In this document: positions 29,958 through 39,469 of the stretch, piece by piece | How positions within the stretch are numbered: the stretch's first letter is position 1 | How the letters are laid out: each line of letters begins with the position of its first letter | Notes under the pieces: generated by a model | Database searches by the model: none | The model's input: only the letters and a program-made list of their open reading frames with translations | Told to the model about the DNA's origin: nothing | Translations under genes and position numbers: made by a program | From: Candidatus Zhuqueibacterota bacterium | GTDB lineage: Bacteria > Zhuqueibacterota > Zhuqueibacteria > Thermofontimicrobiales > Thermofontimicrobiaceae | Assembly: GCA_049322915.1 (NCBI GenBank) | Contig: JBMOPW010000014.1 | Span: 1,028,224 to 1,092,223, forward strand | Direction: 5' to 3' | Length of the DNA stretch: 64,000 nucleotides

Positions 29958-31625
29958 TCAATGATCGGCGCTGGGATCGCTTGCAAATATTGGATTTGAG
30001 GCAAGCACGGCCCAATTATTTCGATAGATTAAAAATCGGTAGTAGCTCTTTCGCCCGGCCGGTATGTCGCCGTCGCGAAAGGCAATTGTCCAGTTCCCTT
30101 GCCCATTCGGCTCGAAGCGGCGAATCGCCTGCCCGTTCCGAATGAGCTCCAAATGATACGTCCCCGGCTGTGTGAGCGTCAGGCTGATGCGGATTTCCGG
30201 AGGAAAAGCGCCGGAATACTCCTGCCCGGAGATGGCGACGCATCCGGCATTGGCATCGCTGAGCGCGAATGTCTCAAGATGAATGAAATCCGCCGCGAAA
30301 TTCCGGGTCGCGTACATGCGGCCCGCGCCCAGGGCATCCATGATGGCGGCCGCGCTCCGCTCCTTCGCCCAGACCGGCGTCAGCGTTTCGCGGAGCATTC
30401 TGGGATCGTCCTGTTCCTCGAAATCCAGTTCGCCGATAGCCCAGACCGGCCTGTCCCGTTTGCCCAGACAGTACTGGTTCAGCACCATGTCCCAGATTCC
30501 GCCGGGCCGGCCGACGTGATGCATGCCCTCCCAGAAAATGGCAAACCCGGTGTAGTTGAACGTCTGAAGCAGCAATTCCGGATACGGCAGCGTTTCCACG
30601 TCGATGCTCCATTCGCTGGAATGGTAATGCGCTTCCGGGTGCGCCCAGAACGTCAGCCCCTGTTTTTCATTGACATAATCGATCAAATCCTGGTACGGGC
30701 CGGCGCCATAATCGCCGCTGTACAGAGAGTATTTCGTGGCTTTCCAGGGATAGCCGGCAAGGACGGCCAGAACACAACCGACCATGCTGATCTTCAAGAC
30801 AATGCCGGCCCATTTTCTTCGCCCGTCGCCCGGTTGTTGCCGTTTGACAATCCGAAAGCTGTAAGGCAATTCATCCCGGAAATGGCTTTTCACCTGACCC
30901 TGCGGCGTTATGAAATTGGGATAGGCCCGATGATTCACCACGCGCAGCGCAGTCCCGGCCGAAGCCTTTGCCTTGTTCGCGCGGTGCATTCGCACAAAAC
31001 AGCCCAGCGCAACGATCAGGCCGATCAGCCCGGCGACGCCGATGATGATTTTCACTCCGGAATAGGGACCGAAGCGATTGTTGAGCGGCGACGGCAATGC
31101 GTCCACATCCCCGGCGCGATTCAGGCCCAGAACCAGCACATGGCGATGCCAGTTTTTCAGCCGCAAATTATTTGAAACGAAGCTGCCTTCCCAGTGATAA
31201 AACGGGACGGCCTCGATGCCTGGAAAAATGATCACCCCGGGCGTTTGCTGGTCAATGGCGCGGATTGTGTCCAGATATCGCGCAGCGCCCAGTGTGTGAA
31301 TCGAGGGCCGATGATGCCGGTATTTCAACGCATTTCTGAAAGGGAAAATTCCGTACTCGGCGGAGACATGATCGTGATCGGTGATGAAGGCCGCGTCCAG
31401 TTTCTGGGCGCTGAAAAATTCCGCCATCGTTTCCGGCGAATGCTTCCCGCCGCTGATCTGCGTGTCGCAGTGTATCGCAGCATTGAGTCGGATATAGCCG
31501 TCCCCGGCCTGGCATAAAGAAAGCACCCCCAGCGCGCCAAACAGAATGATGCATCGATCGATGAAATTCCCGCACATAACCCAAATCACAATGAAGTCAG
31601 CCGTTAATGTCCTGCACCTGCTCAA
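29958..31625 (-). CDS. PHP-domain (metal-dependent phosphoesterase-like) membrane protein
   Basis: IHCDT..SGG, ITDHD, PGIE, HVLVLG, WAHP and GELD motifs; two internal hydrophobic helices; C-terminal YYRF...LASNPIF. Start uncertain. Confidence 0.65.
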   Translation of the reverse strand: MSRCRTLTADFIVIWVMCGNFIDRCIILFGALGVLSLCQAGDGYIRLNAAIHCDTQISGGKHSPETMAEFFSAQKLDAAFITDHDHVSAEYGIFPFRNALKYRHHRPSIHTLGAARYLDTIRAIDQQTPGVIIFPGIEAVPFYHWEGSFVSNNLRLKNWHRHVLVLGLNRAGDVDALPSPLNNRFGPYSGVKIIIGVAGLIGLIVALGCFVRMHRANKAKASAGTALRVVNHRAYPNFITPQGQVKSHFRDELPYSFRIVKRQQPGDGRRKWAGIVLKISMVGCVLAVLAGYPWKATKYSLYSGDYGAGPYQDLIDYVNEKQGLTFWAHPEAHYHSSEWSIDVETLPYPELLLQTFNYTGFAIFWEGMHHVGRPGGIWDMVLNQYCLGKRDRPVWAIGELDFEEQDDPRMLRETLTPVWAKERSAAAIMDALGAGRMYATRNFAADFIHLETFALSDANAGCVAISGQEYSGAFPPEIRISLTLTQPGTYHLELIRNGQAIRRFEPNGQGNWTIAFRDGDIPAGRKSYYRFLIYRNNWAVLASNPIFASDPSADH

Positions 31626-31664
31626 CGTATCGTATCTGTTAAATCGACGTTTATTGAAAATTGA

Positions 31665-32921
31665 TTAGCAATGATGTACAATGTGTGAAAAATTAAACCG
31701 GGGAGAAGCCTGATTTTCAGCGCAGGAATGACCCGGGTCGTCTTCAGCGGCCAACCGCGAATAGAGCTGCTCCGTTCTATCGATCATGTTTTCGAAATGA
31801 TAGTGGCGGCAGGTGTTCTGCGCGTTGGAGATGAAAGCATGCCTCATATCCGGGCAGGTCATCAATGTTTGCATGGCTGCGGCCAACGCCCGGGGCTGGT
31901 CAGCCGGGGCCAGCAGTCCATTGGCATTGTGCGCAATTATTTCGGGAACGCCGCCGACGCGGGTGGCAATGACCGGCACGGAACAGCTCATGGCCTCGAG
32001 AATGACGCGGCCTAATCCCTCGTTGCGCGAAGAGAGGACGAACACATCGAAGAGAAACATGAGGTCCGGGACGTCGGTGCGATTGCCCAAAAAAATCGTG
32101 TCATCGGCAATGCCCAATTGCCGGGCAACTTCCTTCAGTGCAGCGCTCTGGGAGCCATCGCCCACGACGACGAACTTTGTGGCGGCGCTGCCGGATTGCT
32201 GGTACAACCGACATGCCTCTAAAAAAATGTCGCAGCCTTTGACAGGCTCCAGGCGACCGACCCAGCCGATCACTTTCTCACCGTTCAGGCCGAGATGATG
32301 TTTCAATGCATTCAGTCTGCCATTGCCGGGATATTTCACCGGGTACTGAATGCCGCACGGGATGACGGCGAATTTCTGTGAGGGAGCGATTTTGAAGTGA
32401 ACATGATCCTTCTTCCCCAGCCGCGTCAAGGTGATGATTCGGGTGGTGCACCTGGCCAGCAATCGCTCCAGGGCGATGAAGAATTGGGTGGACGCGCGGT
32501 TGAAATAGCCATAAAAGATGTGTCCGTGGGGCGAATGAATGCGCACAGGAACGCCCCAGTAGGCAGCGGCCAGTCGACCTAAAATGCCGGCTTTGGATGA
32601 ATGCGTATGAACGATGGTAGGTTTCAGCGCGCCGATCAGCCGGATGAGTTTCACCAGGGCGACTGCATCGAAATAGGGGTGAATGGCGCGGCGAAGTTCC
32701 GGCACCACGATGAGCGGAATTTTCCCTTCGCGGCGACAGGCGATATAGGCCGGGTGCGGATCGCGGGTCAAGCCGGTCACGCACGTCACATCGTAGCCGC
32801 GGGACTGCACCCCGGCGCACAGCGTCAGAACTGTGTCCGCAAGTCCGCCTTTATCCAGTCGGGTGACAATGTGCAGCGCTGTTTTTTTATGGTGTGTCAT
32901 TGGCATGGCCACGTCAAACAT
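31665..32921 (-). CDS. Glycosyltransferase family 4
   Basis: VHTHSSKAG, VGRLEPVKG, SSRNEGLGRVILEAM, TRVGGVPE. Confidence 0.93.
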   Translation of the reverse strand: MFDVAMPMTHHKKTALHIVTRLDKGGLADTVLTLCAGVQSRGYDVTCVTGLTRDPHPAYIACRREGKIPLIVVPELRRAIHPYFDAVALVKLIRLIGALKPTIVHTHSSKAGILGRLAAAYWGVPVRIHSPHGHIFYGYFNRASTQFFIALERLLARCTTRIITLTRLGKKDHVHFKIAPSQKFAVIPCGIQYPVKYPGNGRLNALKHHLGLNGEKVIGWVGRLEPVKGCDIFLEACRLYQQSGSAATKFVVVGDGSQSAALKEVARQLGIADDTIFLGNRTDVPDLMFLFDVFVLSSRNEGLGRVILEAMSCSVPVIATRVGGVPEIIAHNANGLLAPADQPRALAAAMQTLMTCPDMRHAFISNAQNTCRHYHFENMIDRTEQLYSRLAAEDDPGHSCAENQASPRFNFSHIVHHC

Positions 32922-33020
32922 GATAGTATTTTACGCATATTTTTCAGACTAATTTGGGCAGAAAATTTTAATACTTTTTTTATGACTGCTCAGCCACCAA
33001 GTCTCAAAGGCGCGAAGATA

Positions 33021-33072
33021 GCTGAAAGCTGATTGCTGATAGCTGACCGCTGAAAGCTGACCGCTGACAGCT
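33021..33072. repeat. Heptamer tandem repeat (GCTGANN) x7
   Basis: GCTGAAA GCTGATT GCTGATA GCTGACC GCTGAAA GCTGACC GCTGACA GCT. Confidence 0.85.
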
Positions 33073-33140
33073 ATAAGCTTTTTACTTGAATTTACCTGCC
33101 ACGCATTTTCCGAACCCGGGTCGGGCAGTTTTTCAGCGCC

Positions 33141-34301
33141 TCAGTACCGATAGAACTCGGTGCATCGGGAGCAGACTGAAAAGCATCGGCGTTGCTTGAC
33201 ATGGCTTCGGAACGATCGATACCCCGGGCCATTCCAAATCTGTTTGAACGATTGCTGCATGATATTGCCGGCGTTGAAATTCATGGAATGAAACGGACGG
33301 ACGGAGCCATCCGGGAAAATATACGCCACCATCCACGGACTCAGGCAGCGATAGGGGTAGGCGCCGGATCGGAAATCCCACTGCGAATAATAGGCGCGAA
33401 TTTCTTCCGCAGGCAGATTGGGATAGAACGAGATATCGACGCCGTTTTTCAACCGGGTCAAATCAGAAATCTGGCTCAGCAGCGCGTCCACGTCCACATC
33501 CGGCAGACCGTCGCGCACAAATCCGCGCCAGTCCGTTGGTTCGGTCCTGAATTGGCTGAGCAATTCGGCGCGGAAATTTTCGTACTGGCCGGCGTTGATG
33601 AAAATCAAATGATGAAACGTGATGGACTTCGCGCCGGTATTGCCGGCAATTTCTGCCAGGGATTTCAAATGCCCCACGTTTTGCGGCGTGAGCACAGAAG
33701 TGATGTTGATGACCGGCCGGTCGCTGCCGCATCTGGCCTTCAACTCATTGATCTGCGCAATGCCCCGGAGAATGGAACTGAACGCGCCGGGCTTGTTTCG
33801 AATCGCATCGTGAATCGGCTCAGGCCCGTCCAGCGAAATGATCAGTTCGTCCAACTGACTGTCGACAATCTGAGCCGCGAAGCGGTGCAGCAGCGTGCCG
33901 TTGGTGATGGCGTTCACGCGCAGCCGATGGTGTTTGGCGCGCTGAACAATGGCGCTCCAATCCCGGTGCAAAAACGGCTCGCCCCCGAACAGAGTGATGT
34001 TGGGCCGAAACGAACGCACCTCATCCAGCAGGTCCAATAATTTCTGTGTGGGCAATTCATCTTCAGGACGCGAGCGCCGGTAAATTCCGTTTTCGCCCCA
34101 CTGTCCGCACATGCTGCAGCGGAGATTGCAGCGATAGGTGAGGAACAGGGAGATGGTCTCCGGATGGGCGCTGTAACCGTTTCGGAACTGATACGTCAGA
34201 TAGGAGCGCGCTCGCGACTGAAGCGCCCGCAGTGCATATCCCGGCTGGGACAATGCTTTTTTCAGTGTCCGGGACAAATTACGTCGGGGAATGACTGGCA
34301 T
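33141..34301 (-). CDS. Radical SAM protein with a twitch-type C-terminal domain
   Basis: CNLRCSMC, GGEPF, TNG and SLDG motifs; C-terminal CLSPW...PDGSVRPFH...GNI...IWNG...CSRC. Confidence 0.9.
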   Translation of the reverse strand: MPVIPRRNLSRTLKKALSQPGYALRALQSRARSYLTYQFRNGYSAHPETISLFLTYRCNLRCSMCGQWGENGIYRRSRPEDELPTQKLLDLLDEVRSFRPNITLFGGEPFLHRDWSAIVQRAKHHRLRVNAITNGTLLHRFAAQIVDSQLDELIISLDGPEPIHDAIRNKPGAFSSILRGIAQINELKARCGSDRPVINITSVLTPQNVGHLKSLAEIAGNTGAKSITFHHLIFINAGQYENFRAELLSQFRTEPTDWRGFVRDGLPDVDVDALLSQISDLTRLKNGVDISFYPNLPAEEIRAYYSQWDFRSGAYPYRCLSPWMVAYIFPDGSVRPFHSMNFNAGNIMQQSFKQIWNGPGYRSFRSHVKQRRCFSVCSRCTEFYRY

Positions 34302-34303
34302 GG

Positions 34304-35482
34304 CTACGATTCCTCCAGAATGATCCGGGCGGCCTTTACCAATGCGCTGCGCGCCGCCAGCGGATGCGTGGGTATGAGCAGCAAGCGCTTCGCAAAATAG
34401 CTGGCATTGGGGAACGGATCCGGTTCCGCCGAATACCCCAGAGGATACGCCGGGTGATCGATGCGGTGAATCGGTTCCGGATAAAGCGTCGTCGCTTCGA
34501 TGCCCGAATCCATCATGCGCCGGAGCGCCCTGTCGCGTTTCTCCGGCGCATCGAACAGGAGCGGGAACTGGTTGTAGGCGATCCGCGTCCCGGGTAGCAG
34601 TTTCGGTAGATGGATGAATGATGCGCCCTGCAAGGACTGGTACAGATAATCCCCGTTCTGCGCGCGCCGTTCCGAAATCTTCGCTTCATCGCGCAGCATG
34701 GCCGCGGCAAGATTCGACTGGAACGCCGGATATTGGTACCGTTCAAAGGTGGTGTGTAGATGCCGGTATTTGAATTTCCGAATGCACGGCTCAAGGATCG
34801 AATACACGGCAGGCCGGATGGCCAGTGTGTAACCAGCCGCTCTGGCAGCGAGAGCCAGTTTCTGAGAGGCCGTCAGTACGTTGAAGCGCCGGAGATCGTC
34901 GGTCGCAGATTCGAACCAATCGCGCCGGTTGGTCACCAGGCAGCCGCCGGAGAATGTGGTGAGATTTTTTCCGCGGTTGAAGCTGAAAAATCCAATATCG
35001 CCGAGACTGCCGGTGTAGCGGCCTTCGATCTTCGTGCCGAACGATGAGGCGGCGTCTTCGACGAGGGTGATGCGATGGGCTTCGGCGATGCCGCGCAGCG
35101 CCGACATATCCAGCGGCAGCCCGAACGAATGAACCGCGAGTATCGCCAGGGTGTTTTTTGAAATGTGGCCGGCGACGTCTGCGAGGTTCATGTTGAACGT
35201 GTCCAGAGAAATATCGCAAAGCACCGGTCGGAGCCCGGCCGCTGTGATCGGCAGAATGAGCGACGGCGCTGTATAGGCCGGCAGAATGATTTCACGGCCG
35301 GAGTCAGTTTGCTGCAGCGCGGATAAAATCAAATAAAATACCGCAGTCCCTGAGTTGGCGAAGCAGCAATAGCGGTTGCCGGTCAGGCGCGACATGCGCG
35401 CGGCAGCCTCGCCGTTCTTGCGAACGATGAGGCTCGCGAGCAAATCTCTGACCGGTATGGGTGTTCCAATCGATGGCGTCAT
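34304..35482 (-). CDS. DegT/DnrJ family PLP-dependent enzyme (divergent)
   Basis: NSGT, LPAYT, VEDAASSFG, FSFNRGKNL (Lys present), LLIPTHP. Confidence 0.85.
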   Translation of the reverse strand: MTPSIGTPIPVRDLLASLIVRKNGEAAARMSRLTGNRYCCFANSGTAVFYLILSALQQTDSGREIILPAYTAPSLILPITAAGLRPVLCDISLDTFNMNLADVAGHISKNTLAILAVHSFGLPLDMSALRGIAEAHRITLVEDAASSFGTKIEGRYTGSLGDIGFFSFNRGKNLTTFSGGCLVTNRRDWFESATDDLRRFNVLTASQKLALAARAAGYTLAIRPAVYSILEPCIRKFKYRHLHTTFERYQYPAFQSNLAAAMLRDEAKISERRAQNGDYLYQSLQGASFIHLPKLLPGTRIAYNQFPLLFDAPEKRDRALRRMMDSGIEATTLYPEPIHRIDHPAYPLGYSAEPDPFPNASYFAKRLLLIPTHPLAARSALVKAARIILEES

Positions 35483-35489
35483 TACTCGC

Positions 35490-36098
35490 TCATGGTTGTT
35501 GTTTGGCCCGAATCACGAAAACATAATCCCACGCCAATGGGAGCCACGGTATCCGGACGGGAATTCGCTCAATGATCTCGCAGTTCAGCCTTTTCAGAAT
35601 TGACCTGAGTTGTGACTGCGTAAAACCCTGAATGGGGAATCGCGCCAGCCGTGAGAAAATGGCGTATTTCAATTTCAGCAATACATTGGAGCCGTTGCGA
35701 ATGTCAAGGATGATCCGGCCTTCCAGCCGGCAAATCCGGGACATTTCCGCGATCAGCGCCTGGACCTGGTGCGCGGATTTGAAATTCATCGTTGTGTTCA
35801 AACACAGCACTGCGCCGAATTGTGCGGATTTAAACGGCATGGCCAGGGCGTCGGCTTCGACGAACGAGGCATGACCGCTGCCGGTTTTCTCCCGGGCGCT
35901 CTGCAACAAGCCGCGCGACACATCCAGCCCGAACAGCCGGGCCGGCGACTGCTCACAGAGTTCGGCCAACAAAAGGCCATTGCCGCATCCGGCATCCAGG
36001 ACCGGGGACTGATTTTTTTCGCGATGCCGGAGAGCTTTCTCCCTGACCTTTCGGCTGAGATAGCTGTTGAATGCATTTTCTTTGTGGTCGTTGTTCAT
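35490..36098 (-). CDS. Class I SAM-dependent methyltransferase
   Basis: VLDAGCGNG, GLDVS, ADALAMPF, EMSRICRLEG. Confidence 0.9.
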   Translation of the reverse strand: MNNDHKENAFNSYLSRKVREKALRHREKNQSPVLDAGCGNGLLLAELCEQSPARLFGLDVSRGLLQSAREKTGSGHASFVEADALAMPFKSAQFGAVLCLNTTMNFKSAHQVQALIAEMSRICRLEGRIILDIRNGSNVLLKLKYAIFSRLARFPIQGFTQSQLRSILKRLNCEIIERIPVRIPWLPLAWDYVFVIRAKQQP

Positions 36099-37249
36099 CC
36101 CATTGCAGCTTTCAATTGTTCAGCCAGTGCCTCCCACCGGAACGATTCGATGCAGCGATTGCGGCCGTTCTGTCCCATCGTCTGCGCCAGGGCGCTGTTT
36201 TCCAGCAATTGAACGATGGCTGTCCTGATCATCTCCGGCGCTTCCGGATCCACCAGCAGGCCAGTGCGCCCGTGTTCCACCGCCTCGGCCGCTCCGCCAT
36301 GATTCCCGGCAATGACCGGTTTGCCGCAGGCCGCCGCTTCCAGAAAGACAATCCCAAAGCCCTCGATATCGCCGCGCAGGTGCGCATCGTTTTTCGTCTC
36401 CCGATTGGGAAGAATGAAAATATCAGCGGCGTTGTACAGCGCCGGCAACTGGTCGTTATCCACGCGACCGGAGAAAATGACGCGGTCGGTCACTCCCAAT
36501 TGCGCGGCCATCGCTTTCAATCGCGGCTCCTCCCGTCCGGCGCCGGCGATGAGATAGGTCAGCGCCGGATAGTCCCCGGCCAGAAGGGCAAGGGCGTGCA
36601 ACACCATGTCATGGCCTTTTCGCTCATCCAGTCGCGACACCGTGAGCAGCACCGGCTTTGACCGGAGATGGTAGCGCTCGCGGAAATCATTGCTGCCGGA
36701 AATTGGCCGGAAGAACCGGGTATCCACGCCGGGCGTGATGACCGTTATCCGTCCCGGGGCAATGCCGGAGCGAACATATTCCTGTTTCGTGGACTCGCTA
36801 TTGGCAATAATGTTATCGGCATGTTGTAAAATTTTTTGTATCGCCTTTGATAGCAGCGGGATTCTGCCGAAGCGGATGGATTCGGAGCCGCAGACGAAGA
36901 CGATGTATCGCGTGGCAAAAAGCCGATGGGACAACCAGCCGGCCAATCCAGTCGAAAGCACCTGTCCGCAGAGCAGTGTGTTGATGTTCAATCGGGGGAC
37001 AAGGATCAGCGCCCAGAAAGCGACGCAGACCATTTTCAGCAATTTGGCAAAACAGGATTCGCCGAGCGGCAACCGTTTCCGAATGACCCGGCATTCGAGG
37101 CTCCGGTCGACTTCGCGATCCCCTGAAGTGGCCGGCGCAAGTATGTTCGCGCTCCCGGCCGGCATCCAGCGCCAGAGCTGATAAAAATAGGTCGATATGC
37201 CGCTGATGATGGGCGGAAAATCGTTTGTGAGCAGAAGAGATCCGGACAT
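36095..37249 (-). CDS. Glycosyltransferase family 4 (PimB-like)
   Basis: TNDFPPIISGI, VSRLDERKG, EGFGIVFLEA. Confidence 0.93.
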   Translation of the reverse strand: MSGSLLLTNDFPPIISGISTYFYQLWRWMPAGSANILAPATSGDREVDRSLECRVIRKRLPLGESCFAKLLKMVCVAFWALILVPRLNINTLLCGQVLSTGLAGWLSHRLFATRYIVFVCGSESIRFGRIPLLSKAIQKILQHADNIIANSESTKQEYVRSGIAPGRITVITPGVDTRFFRPISGSNDFRERYHLRSKPVLLTVSRLDERKGHDMVLHALALLAGDYPALTYLIAGAGREEPRLKAMAAQLGVTDRVIFSGRVDNDQLPALYNAADIFILPNRETKNDAHLRGDIEGFGIVFLEAAACGKPVIAGNHGGAAEAVEHGRTGLLVDPEAPEMIRTAIVQLLENSALAQTMGQNGRNRCIESFRWEALAEQLKAAMG

Positions 37250-37301
37250 TGTCGTGTCAAAAATTGTGGTGAAATTCCATTCGTCCCGGCCGGGATCTGT
37301 T

Positions 37302-38225
37302 TCAATCCAGTTGCTTTTGAATGCCGGCCGCGCGGGTCGGCACGGTCAAAAATGGGCTGTGGCTATCGCGAAAATAATAGCTTCGCATCCCGTCGAACAG
37401 CCCTTTGAGGCCGAATAACAGAACGCTGACCTGTCGGTGGCGCAGTCCACCGCGGACAATATTGCCGATCCGAAACGCCATGAACAGCGGCAATGTAATG
37501 CGCTTGAAATTTTTGAAAAATAACAGACTGTAGTTGTGGCCATACCAGTAATACCAGTGGCGCCGGGACCGCGGACGACATCCGCCATTGTCCGCTTTCA
37601 GATGAATGACATTGGCAGCCGGTTCGAAACGGATGGTGTAACCCAGAGATTTCAGCCGCAGGCAGGTGTCGGTTTCTTCCAGAAACGCGGTGCCGCTAAA
37701 TCGCGTATCGAAGCCATTCAACGTGCGGAGCGTTTCAGCGCGGAACGAGAGATTGCAGCCCATGCCGTGGTCGATTTCGGCTGGCATGTCGCTGTTGAAA
37801 TTATCGACTTGCCGGCCGGTGATTTGGTTCATCGCGCCGACTTTGACGCAGTGCACCTCGCCGGAATTTTCAATGACGCGACCGGCAACGGCGCCCACTG
37901 CCGGATCGGAATAATTTTTCTCATGCGCATCCAGCCACTGCTGGCCGGGGATGATGTCGTCATCGCAGAACAGGGCAATGTCTCCGCGCGCCAGGGCGAG
38001 ACCAAAATTCCGCGCCCGGGGCAGGCCCCTGATTTCGGTGTGAAAATACCGAACGCGGGGATGGTAGTCCCAATGCTGTCTGTCCAGCGGATGGTCGCTC
38101 TGGTCAACCACGATGACTTCAAACGACGCATGGGTGAGTTGGCTGATCCGCCTGAGCGTTCCGGCGATCATCTCCGGCCGATTGTAGGTCGGGATGATGA
38201 TGGAAAGGGTCACGGGCGTTGTCAT
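37302..38225 (-). CDS. Glycosyltransferase family 2
   Basis: SIIIPTYNR, VVDQ, ARNFG, FCDDD, GCNLSFR, EETD. Confidence 0.93.
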   Translation of the reverse strand: MTTPVTLSIIIPTYNRPEMIAGTLRRISQLTHASFEVIVVDQSDHPLDRQHWDYHPRVRYFHTEIRGLPRARNFGLALARGDIALFCDDDIIPGQQWLDAHEKNYSDPAVGAVAGRVIENSGEVHCVKVGAMNQITGRQVDNFNSDMPAEIDHGMGCNLSFRAETLRTLNGFDTRFSGTAFLEETDTCLRLKSLGYTIRFEPAANVIHLKADNGGCRPRSRRHWYYWYGHNYSLLFFKNFKRITLPLFMAFRIGNIVRGGLRHRQVSVLLFGLKGLFDGMRSYYFRDSHSPFLTVPTRAAGIQKQLD

Positions 38226-39431
38226 CTATTCTCTGTCAGTTTTCATCCGATGTTTGCTTTGCTGATCCGCATTCCCGACTGCGGCAAAGCACAATTGCTC
38301 TATCTTCTGCGCGGTGTGCGCCCATTGAAACCGGGCGAAAACAGCCTGCCTGCCGGCGGTTCCCAGTCGTTCTTGCTGGCGCTCGTCGTGGAGCAGGCGG
38401 ACAATCGCCTGGCTGGCGGATTCGGGATCCGCAGCATCCACAGCGATGCCGCACCGATGCGACGCAACGAATTGCATCAATTCCGGCGCGCGGGAGACGA
38501 TCACCGGTCTGGCGCAACTCATGTATTCCAGAATTTTGATGGAGCGGCCGGCCACGTGTCCGTTGTTCGTGTCGAACAGCAACAGACAGGCGTCAGCCGC
38601 GGAAATGCAGGCGGCGACGTCTCGTTGGGGGACCGGGCCGATCCAGACCACAGCGCTCGCCAGACCGAGTTCCACAGCGTAGGCCATGAGGCTTTTCCTC
38701 AGAGCGCCATCACCGACCAGCACCAGCAGCGCGTCTTTCTCCGACGATTTAATGCGGCTGAAAATAGAGAGCGTCCCGTGCACTCCGTGATGGGGATAAA
38801 AGCTCCCGGCGTACATCAGGATGCGGCCGCGCTCCGGCAGATTCAGTTTGCGCCGGGCCTGGATTTTATCCATCGGCCGGAACAAGCGGACATCCACGCC
38901 ATTTTCGATGGTGATCATTTTCTGGCCGGGAATGGCATAGCTGCGACGTAACCGGCGTTCGAGCTGCGGCGTGACCGCGATGAGCCGGTCGGCGCATCGC
39001 AGATTGAATTTTCGGAACAATTCGATGATGGTCAGCTTCCATCCGGGATTGCCGGCCTGGCGCAATTCTTCCGTCACCATGCCGTTGATTTCCACAATCG
39101 TCGGTATCTGAAAAAGATGTGCGATGAAATAGGGAGCAAAATTAAGTCCCATTTCCCGGATATAAATCAGCCGGGGATGGTCGAGCGCTGCATGTTTCAT
39201 CAATTGCCAGAGCAGCCGGAGATAATAGCCATGTTCACTGAAGAAACATCGGGATCGCGTTTTGATTCGGATGAACCGAGCAGGCATATCGCCGGGCATG
39301 TTCTCAAAAAACGGGGCGAACAGCGTGACGGCATGCCCCAGCCTGGCCAATTGGCCGACGACCGCCAACACATGGGTTGCCCCGGCGGCTGGCGCGTCTA
39401 AATTTTCGTAGCAGACGTAATATATTTTCAT
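38226..39431 (-). CDS. Glycosyltransferase family 4
   Basis: NGVDVRLF, YAGSFYPHHG, VGDG, SIKILEYM. Confidence 0.9.
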   Translation of the reverse strand: MKIYYVCYENLDAPAAGATHVLAVVGQLARLGHAVTLFAPFFENMPGDMPARFIRIKTRSRCFFSEHGYYLRLLWQLMKHAALDHPRLIYIREMGLNFAPYFIAHLFQIPTIVEINGMVTEELRQAGNPGWKLTIIELFRKFNLRCADRLIAVTPQLERRLRRSYAIPGQKMITIENGVDVRLFRPMDKIQARRKLNLPERGRILMYAGSFYPHHGVHGTLSIFSRIKSSEKDALLVLVGDGALRKSLMAYAVELGLASAVVWIGPVPQRDVAACISAADACLLLFDTNNGHVAGRSIKILEYMSCARPVIVSRAPELMQFVASHRCGIAVDAADPESASQAIVRLLHDERQQERLGTAGRQAVFARFQWAHTAQKIEQLCFAAVGNADQQSKHRMKTDRE

Positions 39432-39469
39432 CGTTGCGAATCAACTTTTCGAACTTTACAGCGGCTAAG

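Noticed and set aside
30099..34040. 358-aa and 282-aa plus-strand ORFs
   Set aside because: Antisense to the PHP and radical SAM genes in GC-rich sequence.
37536..38951. 471-aa plus-strand ORF
   Set aside because: Antisense to two well-supported glycosyltransferases; no motifs.
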